Positions 17,198 to 36,388 are shown, numbered from the stretch's first letter. The stretch: DNA of 64,000 bases from the human T2T-CHM13v2.0 reference genome, Homo sapiens (GCF_009914755.1 NC_060925.1), one strand, 5' to 3'. A program made the numbers and translations. The notes: generated by a model from the letters alone, not told the origin.

Positions 17198-17471
17198 TTT
17201 TTTTTTTTTTTTTTAGACAAGGTCTCACTCTATCACCCAGGCTGGAGTGTAGTGACAACACCATGGCTCAACTGATCTTCCTCCCTTAGCCTCCTGAGTA
17301 GCTGGGACTACAGGCGCACACCACCACACCTGACTAATTTTTAATTTTTTTTTTAGAGATGGAGTTTCACCATGTTATTCAGGACGGTCTCGAACTCCTG
17401 AGCACAAGTAATCCACCTGCCTCAGCCTCCCAAAGTGCTGGGATTACAGACATGAGCCACTGTGCCTGGCC
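17198..17471 (-). mobile_element. AluJ-like
   Basis: Reverse Alu. Confidence 0.88.
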
Positions 17472-17736
17472 TGAGAGTATGTTTAAATGCCTACAGAGAG
17501 AATGGAAGAAGAAGAAAACAAATTCTAGTTTTGCAAGACTTTTAATGACCCAAGTATCAGTCCCAAAGTTATCCTCATGCTTTCTTTACATTTTCAGGAG
17601 CTCATTGCCAAACGCCATACCCTTCTTGTATAGAAAGGAAAGATACTTTGTTGGCCAAATTCCCACTTTTAAAATATAATTAATTAAAACTGATAAAATT
17701 TGAATTTTGCTCTGGCTCTCAAGAAAAAGAAAAAAA

Positions 17737-18080
17737 GTCCAGGCACAGTGGCTCATGCCTGTAATCTCAGCACTTTGGGATGCCAAAACAGAAGGATTCC
17801 TTGAGGACAGGAGTTTGAGAACAGCTTGGGCAACAAAGCAAGACCCTGTCTCTACAAAGAAAAAAAAAATTAAAAATTAGCCAGCAGTGGTGGTATATGC
17901 CTGTAGTCCCAGCAACTTGGGAGGCTGAGATGGAGGATCAGTTGAGCCCAGGAGGTCAAGGCTGCAGTGAGCAGAGATCATGCCACTGCACTCCAGCCTG
18001 GGTGACAGAGCAAGACCCTGTCTCTCTCTCTCTCTCTCACACACACATAAACACACACACACAAACACACACACAGACAA
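17737..18080 (+). mobile_element. AluJ-like with (TC)n(CA)n tail
   Basis: Dimeric Alu consensus. Confidence 0.88.
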
Positions 18081-18247
18081 AGAAAGAAAGAAAGGAAAAG
18101 AAAAGGAGTGAGATACCATTAAGATAAACCAGAAACCTGAGGAACACTCTCATTACATACAGGAAAACAGCTTCTGTTGTTATTATTTTTTGCATGTGTG
18201 CATGCAAAATATCAAGAGGATTTTTTCTGGAAAAGGACAATCCATAC

Positions 18248-18450
18248 CCTTAGCAAGGTAATGAGCTTCTTTGAGATAACTGGAGGAACTGGAGCATCTT
18301 CCCATGTCAACACTTGGCTCAATCTTGAAATCCAAAGGCATATCCAAAGAGGTTCCACTCAGAATCCAACAGAACCTTTCTGTAGAATCCAAATTGATTT
18401 TCTGAAGTCAGGTGACTACATTTGGGGCCACGCCTGCTTATGCAGCTATC
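18248..18450 (-). other. AKNAD1: Candidate non-coding first exon of AKNAD1 (5' boundary unknown)
   Basis: Unique-sequence block upstream of exon 2 with donor AGG|GTATGG at 18248; exon 2 has an acceptor so an upstream exon is expected. Confidence 0.4.
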
Positions 18451-18559
18451 TTGACCATTATGTGCTCAGCAATACCTCACAAGTCACTCTGAGATGAACA
18501 CTTTGAGCAAACAGGGCCAGGACATCACAGTGACCCAGGCTGTGAAAACACTTCAGGCC

Positions 18560-19850
18560 AGTCCCTGAGTAGGAATGGACAACAAGGTGGTCACCATGCT
18601 GACAGCTATTCCCTGTGTGATTTACTTTATTATGAAGTCTAAATTTGATGCTGAAGTGCTAGCCTAAGCTCACTAACCTGCCAACTTAGAGAAGAAGGTA
18701 ACCATGGCTAGGATGACTGGGAATCTGATGGACTCAATTAAGAATTTCTACAGATGGGAAAACCAAAACTCCTTAGTGGCAAGAGGCCAAAGATGGTCAG
18801 CGAATTGTTGTTTCCGGCTGGTAGGTGACATTTCTTCTATTCGCTAAGCCCATTTTGTGATAACACAGTTTTCCATATTGACAGGATTGTTTTCATCACC
18901 AAAGGAAAACCGTGGGTCCATGTTCCTGTGACAATCTCTTTGTCTCATTCCCAACACCCTCTGTTCTGTGTTTAAACCTCTACAAACCAGGCAAACTGGG
19001 GACTATGTGTAGGACCCAGACATGGAGGAGAAAGCAGGCATTGTTTCTACTTACCTTATCTGCCCCTCCACTAAGGTACCAGTTAGTACAACCACGTAAC
19101 ACTCACAAGTCCTACACTTCTAAGATCAGCCCTACTGACTTTGTCACGGTAAGAGTTGGCTGTTGGAGGCAATGATTCAACAATCTAAATTCTGATTATT
19201 CCTTTTTGTATCTGTCATTTAGAATGTGAATAGTGTACATCTAAAAGCTTTAAGTACATTATCCATCAATTTTTACTACACAAAGCAGTATGCTGCTCTG
19301 TCTTCAAACAGCACAATGCTACAGTCAACACAAAGGGCAAAACCATGGCAATATGGCAATTGCAATAGAAACTCACCAACATCTTGGAGTCTCTGGATAT
19401 CACAGGTGAACAAGTTGAAGGGCCTTGCGACACAGACAAGCAACCCTTTAATTCTAAATCATCTTTTTTTCAACAGTTGGAAGTTGACTGCAGTTGAATA
19501 ACAGAACAAAAACGGAGCTTCAAAATCATGGCGTGCCTGCTTCTTCTGGGTTCTTTTAACTGCAAGCAATCAGCTTTGAAGAGCACGTAGGGAACTTCTG
19601 ATGTGATACAAACTTTTGTCTTTTTTTTTTTTTTTGTCTTTTAAGAGCATTCAAAAACACTTGGTCTGGCTGTTTCAATTTTCTCTTTCTCTCCTATTCC
19701 TAGCTCAAGAATAACATTTACATATGAAAGAAAATAGGAGATGGCTCAGAATAATATGTCCAAGGCCACGCCCAGGCGTCAGGGATTCATGAATTTTGTA
19801 TACAGTGTATGATGTTTCTAGATTAAAATATTTTCAAAGGTAACATGATA
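18560..19850 (+). ncRNA. SPATA42: Probable SPATA42 testis lncRNA locus, divergent/antisense to AKNAD1 (boundaries approximate)
   Basis: Position recalled from locus annotation; repeat-free block with + strand donors (18821, 19149), acceptors (19075, 19476) and ATTAAA at 19822. Confidence 0.5.
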
Positions 19851-20457
19851 TAGGCTCCCTCTGTAATGACTGCATTTGATTATGCTCTGGTAATTCTATC
19901 AGCTAACTTTATCTCAGAAATGTGGGGTACCCACAATGCAGTGCCTCAACTGTAACCATATACCATTCAGTGAGGCTGTCTAGCTTCACCCTGTCATTGT
20001 GGGGTGGCAGAAGGGAGACACTGTGATGGGCAACAAGTCAATCCAATACTCCTACAAGAGCCAGATGGATGTATTATTTATAGTCAGTCTTAGGGCTGTC
20101 GTCCTTTTGGGAGTGCGCATGAATTTGATGACCAGCTGTTACAAATTTGTTATCCTGAAACTATTTTAGAAGTTGGGGGGAAGGGAGGAAAGCCTTTTAA
20201 AAGTGCGAGTAAAGCAGTATTTGGAGAAACTTCCTGCCTGTGTTTTACCAGAAAACTTTGCTGGTTTTCCTTGCTCTTTGGTGAGGTTAGCCCTGTCTTT
20301 TTATCCAATTTTCCCATTGATGTAGCCTAGTGTGTGCTGTAAACCACGGACCTTTGCTGTGCTTTGGGAACATTTAGAAAACTCTTACCAATTAATTTTC
20401 TGAAAGTAATTCCAGTGATAAACTTTAAAACACATTGATTTAAAGAAGTATAATGTC

Positions 20458-21126
<669 letters not shown>

Positions 21127-22421
21127 TAATCTTGTCCCTGAAACGTCTCTGCCCTTCCCTAAACTTTCAAACTTAAGTTTTGCAACCTCCTCCTGGAGAT
21201 AAGAAGGGCCAGAATATTTTAGGAAAACCCTTCCTCCCTTAACCAAAGACTTATGCTTCTCTCCTCCGCCCTCCTCCCCCTGCCTAAAGGAAGAACATTG
21301 ACTTGTAATTATAATTTTTTAAAATAATGAATACAAGGTTAAATATATTGCACATTGATACCTAATCTATGCTCCTCAAAATGATTTCAAAAAGTTAAGA
21401 TTTTGATTAAAAGTCTATTTTCATATTAGAAGAAATATCTATAGAATGAATCTCAAAACATGTGGTAGGATTACAGGTAACTTTTATTTTCCCGTTAGAA
21501 CTGTTCCTTCATTTATTAAACAAATATGTATTGAATGTACCTGTTAGGCACACAGTACCATGCAGGTCCTGGAATCAAAAGGAAATATAGAGAACAGTTA
21601 GGTTATGGACTTCGGTGCCAGACTGAGTTTGTAGTTAGGCTCTGCTGCTCACTACTGTGCTATCTTAGAGAAGTTGCTTAACTTCTCTGTTCCTTAGTTT
21701 GTTCATCTGTAAAATGGGGGTATTAATAGCACTACCACATAGAGTTGTTGTGAAGAGTATGTGAGTTGCTGTTTAAATCAACACTTACGTAGCACAATGC
21801 ACCTGATGCTATTCTAATCACTTTCCAAATATTCATTAACTGAGTGCAAAGGATTTAACACATTGTATATTATTATAAATGGTGATAAGTGCTATGAATG
21901 ATCGGAAGAGACTGCTGGAAGAAAGAATATAAGAAAGGAAGGAAAATCTTTCTCGAGATCAGATAGGCAGGGAAGGGCTCTCCAAGGCCATGCATTTCAA
22001 CTGGAGCCTGAAGGACGCATACCAACGACGCAGAGAGTCGGGGCAGAGCGTTCTGGGCTGAGAGGACATGTGTGCAAAGACCTGAGGATGGAAAATAACA
22101 TTGTTTATTGGGAAAGCTGAAAGGAACCAGCATGGTGGTGGCAGAGATTAAACAAGTTGATGTATTCAAGACATAAGACATTTTTGAGTAATCAACAAAA
22201 CCTGGCAATGTGCTGGTGAAGGCAGGGGAGAATTTAATCAGGACCCCTTGTCATGCTTTCTTGTATTTTTCCAAGTATTTTAGAATAAAGATCACTCAAA
22301 TCAATAAAAAAAAAAATGACCCCAAAGAACAAAGGACATGAATTAAGAGAAAAAAGATATACAAATATACATGGCACTTAAACGTATAAAAAGATGATTA
22401 CCTTTGTTAGGGCATGTTCTA

Positions 22422-22953
<532 letters not shown>

Positions 22954-23835
22954 CTATGCCTACTTTAGCTTTAATGCATGCATGAGGTTTAGAACAGTGC
23001 CTGACACATAATGTCTTGATACATGCTAGCTTTAAAAACTTGTTAACCATTATGTAAAATACCTCTCTCAGTATTTCGCAATTTTAGCTTTTTTAGTCAG
23101 TTTGTATGGTTTTATATGAGATGAGGATTTGAAATGTAAATCTGTTATAAGTTGTGCCATGGTAGAAAAACAATAGCTATCAATACTTCCCTAACCCCTT
23201 TCTTGTAAAAAGCACAAAGCTTTTTGCATAGTCGTAAGTTAGAGCCCCCAACACGATTATAAAGTAAATATTACCTGATCCAATGCTGCAATGCCAATTT
23301 TTACTAGATAGTATTAAGATACTGGAAGTGACAACCATATGAAAGGTAAATAATCAACGTTTAGCCTTTTATGATAGGCTTGTGTAGGTTTCAAAAGCGT
23401 TAATTAACTAAAACTCACAACACCTAGGTGAAGTATTTCTTTACCCTCTCAAGCAATGTCATTATCTCAGAGAAGGGAACTCGGTACAAGGTTAAACAAC
23501 TTAGGACAGGAAACAATTATCTGCTCAAAAATAACAGCACTTTGCCTCTAAATAACACTTTTCAACCAACAGTATCCAGTCACATTGCAAACTCTAATTA
23601 AACACTCTCAGGGACTTAAGTATCTCCCTTTAACCTTGTGGAACAGATTGAAGGAGAGGAGGCAGTTTAGCTAAAATTACACAGCAGGCCACTAGCAGCC
23701 AGGATTTAATCCCTTGGAATCAGGGGTGAGGTGGGATTAAAAGCCTACTGTGTGGTAGGTGCTTTGTGTATATCTCTTCAGTCCTTTCCACAGCCCCCGA
23801 AGTAAATATCATTGCTTCTTTAAGATGAGAACTGA

Positions 23836-25205
<1,370 letters not shown>

Positions 25206-25462
25206 GTACTCTTTTGGAGGATTCTTAGAAAACTAGGATCTATGCCTCATCATTTCATCCCCAAGCAGCATTTATTGTATCTCCAGGGGGTACTACTACC
25301 CCAAAGTCCCTCTTGATGTGAAGCTTTTTTATCCCGTGGAACAATTGTAATTTATTGAGATACAGCAGGAGGGCATACCTTCAAAACTGGAAAGTTTAAA
25401 AAAAATTAAAAATGATAACTATTGATACATGCAACTGTAATACATGGATGAATCTCAAAATA

Positions 25463-25769
25463 CAGTTATGTGTCACTTAACACCAGATACACATTCTGAG
25501 AAATGCATCATAGAGTGTACTTACAGAAACTAGATGGTATGGCCTGCTACACACCTAGGCTGTATCGTATAGCCTATTGCTTTTAGGCTACAAACCCATA
25601 CAGCATGTTACCATGCTAAATTATGTAGGCGATTGTAACACAATAGTAAGTATTTGTGTACCTAAACATAGAAAACGTTCAGTAAAAATATGGTAATAAA
25701 ATCTTACGGGACCACTGTTGTAGATGTAGTCTGTCATTGACCAAAATGCTATTATGTGGCGCTTGACTG
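25463..25769. mobile_element. Tigger3a/MER7A-like DNA transposon inside an old L1 3' end (about 25420-26095)
   Basis: TIRs cagttatgtgtcacttaa / attatgtggcgcttgactg, TA on both sides. Confidence 0.8.
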
Positions 25770-25796
25770 TAATTTAGCTATTTGAAGGAAGCCAGG

Positions 25797-25798
<2 letters not shown>

Positions 25799-25831
<33 letters not shown>
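25799..25831. repeat. (AC)n microsatellite
   Basis: Direct reading. Confidence 0.95.
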
Positions 25832-25834
<3 letters not shown>

Positions 25835-26109
25835 GGTATATATTGTATAATTCCATTTATATAAAATTGTGAAAAATGCAAAGTGATATATAATAATAGA
25901 AAGTAGATCAGTGGTTGTCTGAGTTGGGTGGAGGTTGAGAAGGCAGATAGGGTGACCAAGAGACATGAGGAAATTTTTAGAAGTGATAGATATGTTGATT
26001 GTGGTGATTTTTTTTCAGAACTTCACAAATCGTGCCTTTTAAATATGTCCTGTTGATTGTATGTCAGCCATAGCTCAAGAAAGCTATTAAAAATAATACA
26101 GCTGAGGGA

Positions 26110-26698
<589 letters not shown>

Positions 26699-27664
26699 AT
26701 AGTAATAATAGAAAAGAGACTTTAAAGTCCTCTGAGGCACACAGGAACTTCATAAAATGAGATTATAGAGCCAGGGAGAAAATTGTATCAAACAGCAGTA
26801 ACCTTATCTATAAAGCTCTTCAGAAAAGTTTTAATGACCTCATTCAGATGTTATCATTTTAGGATGATTGCAGGTTTGCAAGTGTAACACATTTGGCAGT
26901 TTGTTTTGTGTACTGTCTAAGCTCCATATGGCCTCTGAGGCCCTTTGTGAACTGCGGCAGCCTACCTCCCCAACCTGTCTTCCTACCACACCTTGCCTTG
27001 AAATTCATGCTTCAACAATCCCAAGCTATTTATAGCTTCCCAAGCTCACCTGGTGTTTTATGTCCCCAAGTCTTTGAAGAAGACACGCCTGGAATGCCCT
27101 TCCTGTCTAGCGTCCTTGGCCAGGAGAGGTCATCCCTTCATCTTTTGCCAATTCATGTCCTGTACAAGGTTCCTCAGTTACACTTTCCCCACTATCTTGT
27201 AATTAATTTTTTCATATCTGTCCTGTCACTAGCCTATCTGTACTCCCAACCAGGGCATATGGCAGGGATGGCAGGGTCTCAACATTTATTTCATGGAACT
27301 GGAAATTCTCCCAGTGTGTCATGGTGGTATACATGAGAACCATTAGGATGTCTACAGGGAAGAAGATCCACCAAAAGAGGAGTTTGGATGTTGCTGGATG
27401 AAGGGATAAAGCATGGTCCTGAAGTTGATGGCAGTGACACTCCTGCAGCCTGAACTAGAGCCGTGGGTTCTCAATAGGATGGCAGGACCACCCAGGGGCT
27501 TTTAAAAATGGAGGCGGAGTGCAGCTGGCATTTAGTACTCAGGGGCCACAGTGGAAGTAAAGTCCTGTGCAAAGAAGAATGCTCTCGTCCAAAACGCCAA
27601 TAGGGCCCCCAGTTAGAAACACTACTCAAGGATAAAATGTGTTTTCTCTGTGAAGACTGAAAAT

Positions 27665-27970
<306 letters not shown>

Positions 27971-28422
27971 TTAGTGCTTCATGTGAGTGGGATGTGCAGC
28001 TAGTGATGAGGACTGGAATCCTCTCCCTGAAGTGCTCACTCTCTGCACTTACTCCTTGGCCCCTGGGGGTCCCCTGTCCCCTGAACTTCTTTTGCTCCTC
28101 AAATACACTGCCTCCTGCCTACCTTAGACCTTCCCTTCGTCTGTTCACGGGGCCTGAAGTGTCCACCCCACCTTCCTCCTGCCTTTCTACCTGGTTATTT
28201 CTTACTCAACTCCTAGCATGCCACTTCCTCCAGAACCTTCTTTCATTCCCACAGTAGGCCAGGGTCCTCTGATATAAGCCTCCAGAGTACTCCATGTATC
28301 TCCTTAGTAGCATTTATCACAATAATAAAATACTAGTAGAAGGAGGGAGGGGAGACAGTGAGAAAAGGGAAGGCAGACAGGGAGGAGGTAAGGAAGGGAA
28401 GAAGACCAATTTGGCTGCTTGA

Positions 28423-28776
<354 letters not shown>

Positions 28777-29364
28777 TGAGTTTGACCCTTAGCTCTGCTC
28801 CTTAGTAATTGAGGACCTTGGATAAGTTATCTAAGTGATCTGAACCTCAGTCCCCACATCCACAAAATGGAGATAAAGGGTGCTCATGACAATTAAATTA
28901 GATAAGTGTATGGAAGTGCCTTGCTCAGTGTCTGACACATGGTAGGTGCTCAAAAAATGTCAAATCTTTTTACCTTCTCTCCTTCTCCCTCTTCCCCAAA
29001 TGGAAGGGCAAGTAAGGGTGAAAATTTAACTGAGAAAGGTGGACTGAAAAAGCCTTTGTACCTAGCTTGCTAGAGAGAACATCTATAATCCTCCTAAATG
29101 GGTTTAAGAGGCTCTGTGAACACAAAAATGTCTTAAAAGAAGCCTGTGGTCAGAGGATGAACAGTCATAATTGGTGAGAGTGGAAGCAATGGGTAGAATT
29201 CATAGACATTGGCATGGTCGTGTTGCTCAAATATTCATAAAAGATCTACCCTTTTCTGCACAATCCCTCCAGCATGCTAGCAAGTATCTGTAGGATGACT
29301 ATACTTGGTTTCTTGGAAAGAATGTGACCCAACGGGGAAGTGAGACACCGCTAAAAATTTACTT

Positions 29365-29494
29365 AGTTTTTATGCCTAGTGTTCCATTATCGGAATGCTA
29401 AGCGTGTGGGAATTATTTATGTCCTACTGCTCAAGGTCATCACTAAGGTCTGATTGCAAAAATTCCAAAAAATGCAACCTCAGGCATAAATGGG
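29365..29494 (+). mobile_element. MER85 piggyBac (PGBD3-derived) MITE
   Basis: tttatgcctagtgttccattatcggaatgctaagc...gcaacctcaggcataaatggg followed by TTAA; about 130 bp. Confidence 0.88.
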
Positions 29495-30447
29495 TTAATG
29501 TCTCTGAGACCAGAGCCCTACCAAAGTTCTGTTCTACTAATGCAGAACACAATGGTTTGGGAAGGGTCAGTGACAACTATCTGAGGTGGAGTCTAGCCAC
29601 TAAGGTAGAAAGAATTCCAAATGATGACAATTTGGATTGGTATGATTTGCCTAAAACTCTGGGCACATTTGCAATCCCATTATTAAAACTGATAATAACA
29701 TCATAAAACAATGTCATTATCTTCAGAGGAGAACATCTGAGCAAGCATGTTACCCTAAAGGCAAACAGAATCTTAGAAGTTAGGTACATGGAAGACTTCT
29801 AGAGTCATCATAAGAGTCTTGCTTCCTTTCTTAGCAAGCCACCCTACTGAGTTTTTGAACAATGTGGTAGTAATGAAGTTTTACCAGGCAACTTCTTTGC
29901 AACTTCCTTTACACCTGACACCATGTAAATTAAGAGCATTTGATTGCTTTGCTGGCAAAGCAAAGGCAGCCTCTAGATCTGCTGTTAACCAGTGATAGTG
30001 TCCACTTCAACTTTAGTGAACCCTAAGAGGTATTAATATATCTTCACCAACCCTGTAAAGAAAGAGAGGTGTCTCCTGGTTAAAGCCCTAAGCTACTTAC
30101 TTGCTTCTCTTTCTCAGACAGGCTTCTTAAACCTACCATCTTTGTTTGATCTACAAGTCCCAAAGGGTTTCCATGCTATTGCCTTTGCCAACTCCTCAAG
30201 GTTTTAAAATTGGAAGTCCCTCATCCTGGGGCCCTCTCAGTCTTGGGATGATTGGTCACCCCAGCTCAGGACAGATTCTCTCCATTCCACCCAACCACTA
30301 ACATCTGTATTATCCGCCTCCCCCAAGCACTTACTCTCTTTTCATACCTTTTTTTTTTTTTAATAGAAAGATACCAGAAGGAAGTGATAGAGAGAGGCAT
30401 GTGTGGGAAATATGTACAAATTCACAGTGGTTTTTCTTAGTTTTCAA

Positions 30448-30751
30448 CTTTTTTTTTTTTTTTTTTTTTGAGACAGGGTCTCACTTTGTCACCCAGGCTG
30501 GGGTACAGTAACGTGATCTCAGCTCACTGCACTCTCTGCCTCCCAGGCTCAAGTTATCCTCCCACCTCAGCCCCCCAAGTAGCTGGGATTACAGGCATGT
30601 GCCACCACTCCCAGCTTATTTTTGTATTTTTAGTAGAGATGGGGTTTTGCCATGTTGGCCAGACTGGTCTTGAACTCTTGGACTCAAGCAATCCACCCGC
30701 CTCAGCCTCCCAAAGTCCTGGGGTGACAAGCGTGAACCACCGCGCCCAGCC
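30448..30751 (-). mobile_element. AluJ-like
   Basis: Reverse Alu. Confidence 0.9.
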
Positions 30752-31040
30752 AGTTTTTAACTTTTTTATATTTTATATTTATCTGCTTATTGTAGAAAAT
30801 GTGAAAAATCGAGGAAAGTATAGAAAGACAATGCTTCAGCATAATTGCTTCTAGTGTTTCGAGGTCATAATATGTAAAAAATTTTATACAATTTTTTTTC
30901 ACCTAATGTCAAGAACATTTCCCCACATTATTAAAAACTTTGAAATGAAAATTTGTTTTTAATAGTTATATCCACTACATGGCTATACTATAATCATTTC
31001 CCTAATGACAGACATTTAGGGTATATCCAAGTTTTCAACA

Positions 31041-31341
<301 letters not shown>

Positions 31342-32529
31342 TAAAACATCCTTGTCTGTATTTCTAATTATTTCTTTAGGATAGATTCTTAGATGGGAAA
31401 GTATTAGGACAGAGTGTAAGTACTTTAATGCTCTTAATATAAAAACAAAATTGATTACAAGCATATATTCATCAACAGTGTGGGAATAATATATTGATAT
31501 GCTCTCTGCAATACTAAATTGTAATATTTTTAAAAATCTTTGTTAATTAAAAAAGGTATTTTAGTGTTTTAATTTGTAGTACTTCAATAATTCATGAAGT
31601 TGGACATTTTTCATGTTTATTGTCCATTTTTATTTCTTCATTTGTGAATTATCTCTGTCCTTTGCATATTTAGCTATTATCTACAATATAACTGTTTTTT
31701 AATTACAAGTAATACATGTTCATTGTAAAACATATTAGAAAACATTAATACTTATAGCACTTTATAACCTGCTCCTAAAAGAACTGAATCCAATACATTG
31801 TGAATACCTTTCCATGTCAACCAATATGCATCTATCTTAGCTAGCAAATAAATTCAATTGCTGCGCAATATTCCACTATATGGATGACTTGATTGTTTTC
31901 ACCAATCTTTTGGACAGGTAAGTGGTTTCAAATGTTTGAATATTAAAAGTGATTGTGTGATAAGCATCCTGGTGCATTTGTTTTGCACATTTGCCTGATT
32001 GTTAATGTAGGTAAAGTCCTAAAAAATGGAATTTTTCGGTCAAGAGGTACTAAGGCTTTTGACACATATTACAAAATCTCCCTCCAAAATGGTCATACTT
32101 AGTTGCAGCTCCGACCTCAGCTTATGAGAGGACTCATTTCATCACATCCTCAGCAACAATGGGTAACATAATTTTTTAAAATCTGAAGTCTGATGGGCAA
32201 AAAAGGAGTCCCATTGCTGTTCTAGTTTGCATTTATTTAAATAATAATGAAGCTGAAGTTTGTAAGTGAGCTCATTGTGGTCACTTAAGTGCTGGTCCTT
32301 GTCCTTTGCCCTATTGGGTTGTTGTCTTTTTTTCTTTGAGGTTATTTCATTGTAAGAGGTTAGACTGTAAGGTAATTTCATTTAAATACTAAGTATTTAG
32401 TATTAACTCTTTATCAGTAACATAGGTCTCCATTTGTCATTTTCCTTTTGAATTTTTAAAAGTCAGTATATATAGAGAAAGTAAAAGCATGGCTCCTGAG
32501 ACAGACTGGTTCTACCATTTACTAGCCTT

Positions 32530-32959
32530 GGTGGATGCTATGTTAGGTGCCCTGTTTGGATACGCTTTACTGGCCAGTACACCTGTCTCTCCACTGTTGT
32601 GAGGTTGGCTGCTAGAGCTCACAGGTGCCTTTTTCTCTGGAGAGTCTACACTAGGGAAGGCAGCCACACTTGGGGGGGTGCAGTTACGCCCCACTTTATC
32701 CTGATACAAAGGTACAAACACCTTTGTGTAAGATGGGGCTAATTCTGCAGTTTGGTTTATGCTCTAGATTCCAGAGCCCTCCCTCAATAGAGCAGATCAA
32801 GGCTAGGATTTCCTAAGATCCGTTTTTCTTGGTTGTTTCCCCTTCCCTATCCTGTTTCACTCTCTCCCTATGGGTTCCTCCTAAAGAGCCCTCCCTCGAT
32901 AAATTACAGGGTCTAAATCCCATCTCAGGATTGGCTTCTAGGGAAACCAGCCTAAGATA
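32530..32959 (+). mobile_element. Old ERVL LTR (LTR16-like) inserted in a MIR
   Basis: 3' end tctcaggattggcttctagggaaaccagcctaagata; MIR core ctgtaaaatgggga resumes after it. Confidence 0.5.
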
Positions 32960-33420
32960 CTGTAAAATGGGGATGATGTTAGTACCTACTTCATAGGGTT
33001 GCCGTGGAGATTATAGTTAAAATAATAATAATAGCAAAATTTAGCACTTATATGTGGTAGGCCCTGTTCTAAACACTTTATATGTATTAATTCATTTAGT
33101 CTTTACATCAGTCAATGTCCAGGTATAATCCTCAAACATGAAAAAAGTTTAGACTAGTGCTTGGCATATATCTAGCACCAATAAATCTTAGCTATTATTA
33201 TTTACTGATTTACTCTAGATTTCACATGAGAGATTAGGCATGTTAGTAGGCTGTTTCCCTGCATTTTGAAGTCTCCTTCCCATTCTCTTTTTCTTAGCTA
33301 TTCCTTTGGAAAGCTCTTACTCACTCACCTACTCCACACTCTCATTTTTTCCTTCTTTTATTCTTATTTTATATATATACATACACCTATATATGTGTAT
33401 ATATGTACATACATATATAG

Positions 33421-33745
<325 letters not shown>

Positions 33746-34238
33746 ATCTCCTTTTATTCTAAAAGGTGGAGTTATCAAGTCCACATTCTTGCTGAGGAAA
33801 CTACACAACCAATCTTCTTTCTTTTAGTCAAGGGAGCACTGTTACTCTGATAGATTTTGTTGGGGGAGGGAAGCAACAAATGTTATTTACTTGGTTATTC
33901 AAGTTTGCCTTGATTCAGTGTGGTCGTTTATAATTCAGGGAAGTCTAGCCACCCTGGTTTCATCTTAAAGCAAAGTTTGGCCTATCCTAACAACCCCACA
34001 TGTTGTGAGGCTATGTACATTATCAGTGCTCTCCCCCTACTCCAACACACTGGAAAATGGTCAAGGAAGCCTGTCAGCAGTGTGATCACCAGGGGGTTTC
34101 ATCTAGTACTGTGGAAGTGATGTGGTAAAAACTTCATTGCTGTGTTCCCAGCATCCAGCAAAGTGCCTGGCATAAAATAGGCATTTAAACATAAATGTTA
34201 TGGAGCAGATCACAGTATGTTTTTAAACAGATCCCTTC

Positions 34239-34272
<34 letters not shown>

Positions 34273-34407
34273 GATCCAGGATCCCCAGCAAGACTAATGT
34301 GCCTTTTTGTTTTTCATGACATTGACATTTATAAAGAGTCTGGGCTAGTTGCAGAATGTCTCAAATTCTGGATTTGTTCCAGAGTGCTTTTTTAAAAATA
34401 TAAATCA

Positions 34408-34915
<508 letters not shown>

Positions 34916-35235
34916 CTACATTGCCTTTTGTATGTTTTCCTCTTTCTCACTGCAGCCACAGTGGCCTTCCTCCGGTTTCTCAAGTCCACAAAGCTCTCAA
35001 ATCCTGCAAAATCCTCGCAGGACTTTGCACTGGCTGTTGCCTTTTCCTAATGTGCTTTTCCCTGAAGTTTGCTTGAAGGCTGGCTCCTTCTCATAATTCA
35101 AATCCCAGTTTGAATGCCGTTTTCTCAGAGAGGACTTCCTTATCTTAGCCCCCAATCTGAAGTAAAGTAGTCACTTACTCACTCTCACATCACCCTTCTT
35201 GTAACTCTCTGCATGGTACCTATCATAACCTGATA

Positions 35236-35531
35236 TTTTTCTTTTTCTTTTTTCTTTCTTGAAGCAGGGTCTGGCTCTGTCACCCAGGCTAGAGTGCAGT
35301 GGCTGGATCATAGCTCCCTGGAGACTTGAACTCTTGGGCCTCAGCCTCAGCCTCCCGAGTAGCTGAGACTACAGGTGTGTGCCACCACACCAGGCTAATA
35401 AAAAAAATTATTTTTGTAGAGATAGGGTCTCACTATGTTGCCCAGGCTGGTCTCAAACTCCTGGCCTCAAGCAGCCGTCCCACCTTAGCTTCCCAAAGTG
35501 CTGCAATTACAGGTGTGAGCACACCCAGTCC
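35236..35531 (-). mobile_element. AluJ-like within an L2 remnant
   Basis: TSD cctgatattt. Confidence 0.88.
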
Positions 35532-36045
35532 TGATATTTCTTGTTGTTTATTTTTGTTGAGCTCCAAGAGATCAGGGGCTGTGTTCTGTTGTGCTCACTA
35601 CTATATTCCCTGTACCTAGAACAGCTCCTGACACACAGCAGAAGTTTAATACATACTTGCTGAATACTGTAATGAATAAGCTGAGAGCTGAGGATGAAAA
35701 GAAGCCAACCATTTAAAGAGCTTGGGGAAAATCTAGGCAGGGAGGAGGTCCTGAGAGAACCTTGAGGCTTAGTCCATTCTAGGGCATGAAGAATGCCCTG
35801 TGTACTTGGAGGAAAGTGAGGCAGCAGGAGGAAAAAATAGGAGAGAAGAGAGAAATTGGCAGGGGCAAGATGGCTTAAGGCCTTTTCCCCCACAGGAAGT
35901 TTGGATTTTATTTTAAATTAAATGGGAAATCACTAAAGGTTTACGAGTACGAGAGTGACATAATCTGACTTATGCCATTTAAAAGATATTTTTCAATTTG
36001 AGTGATTAGGAAGATGGAAGTAACTAATATCAGAGATAGAAATCA

Positions 36046-36388
<343 letters not shown>

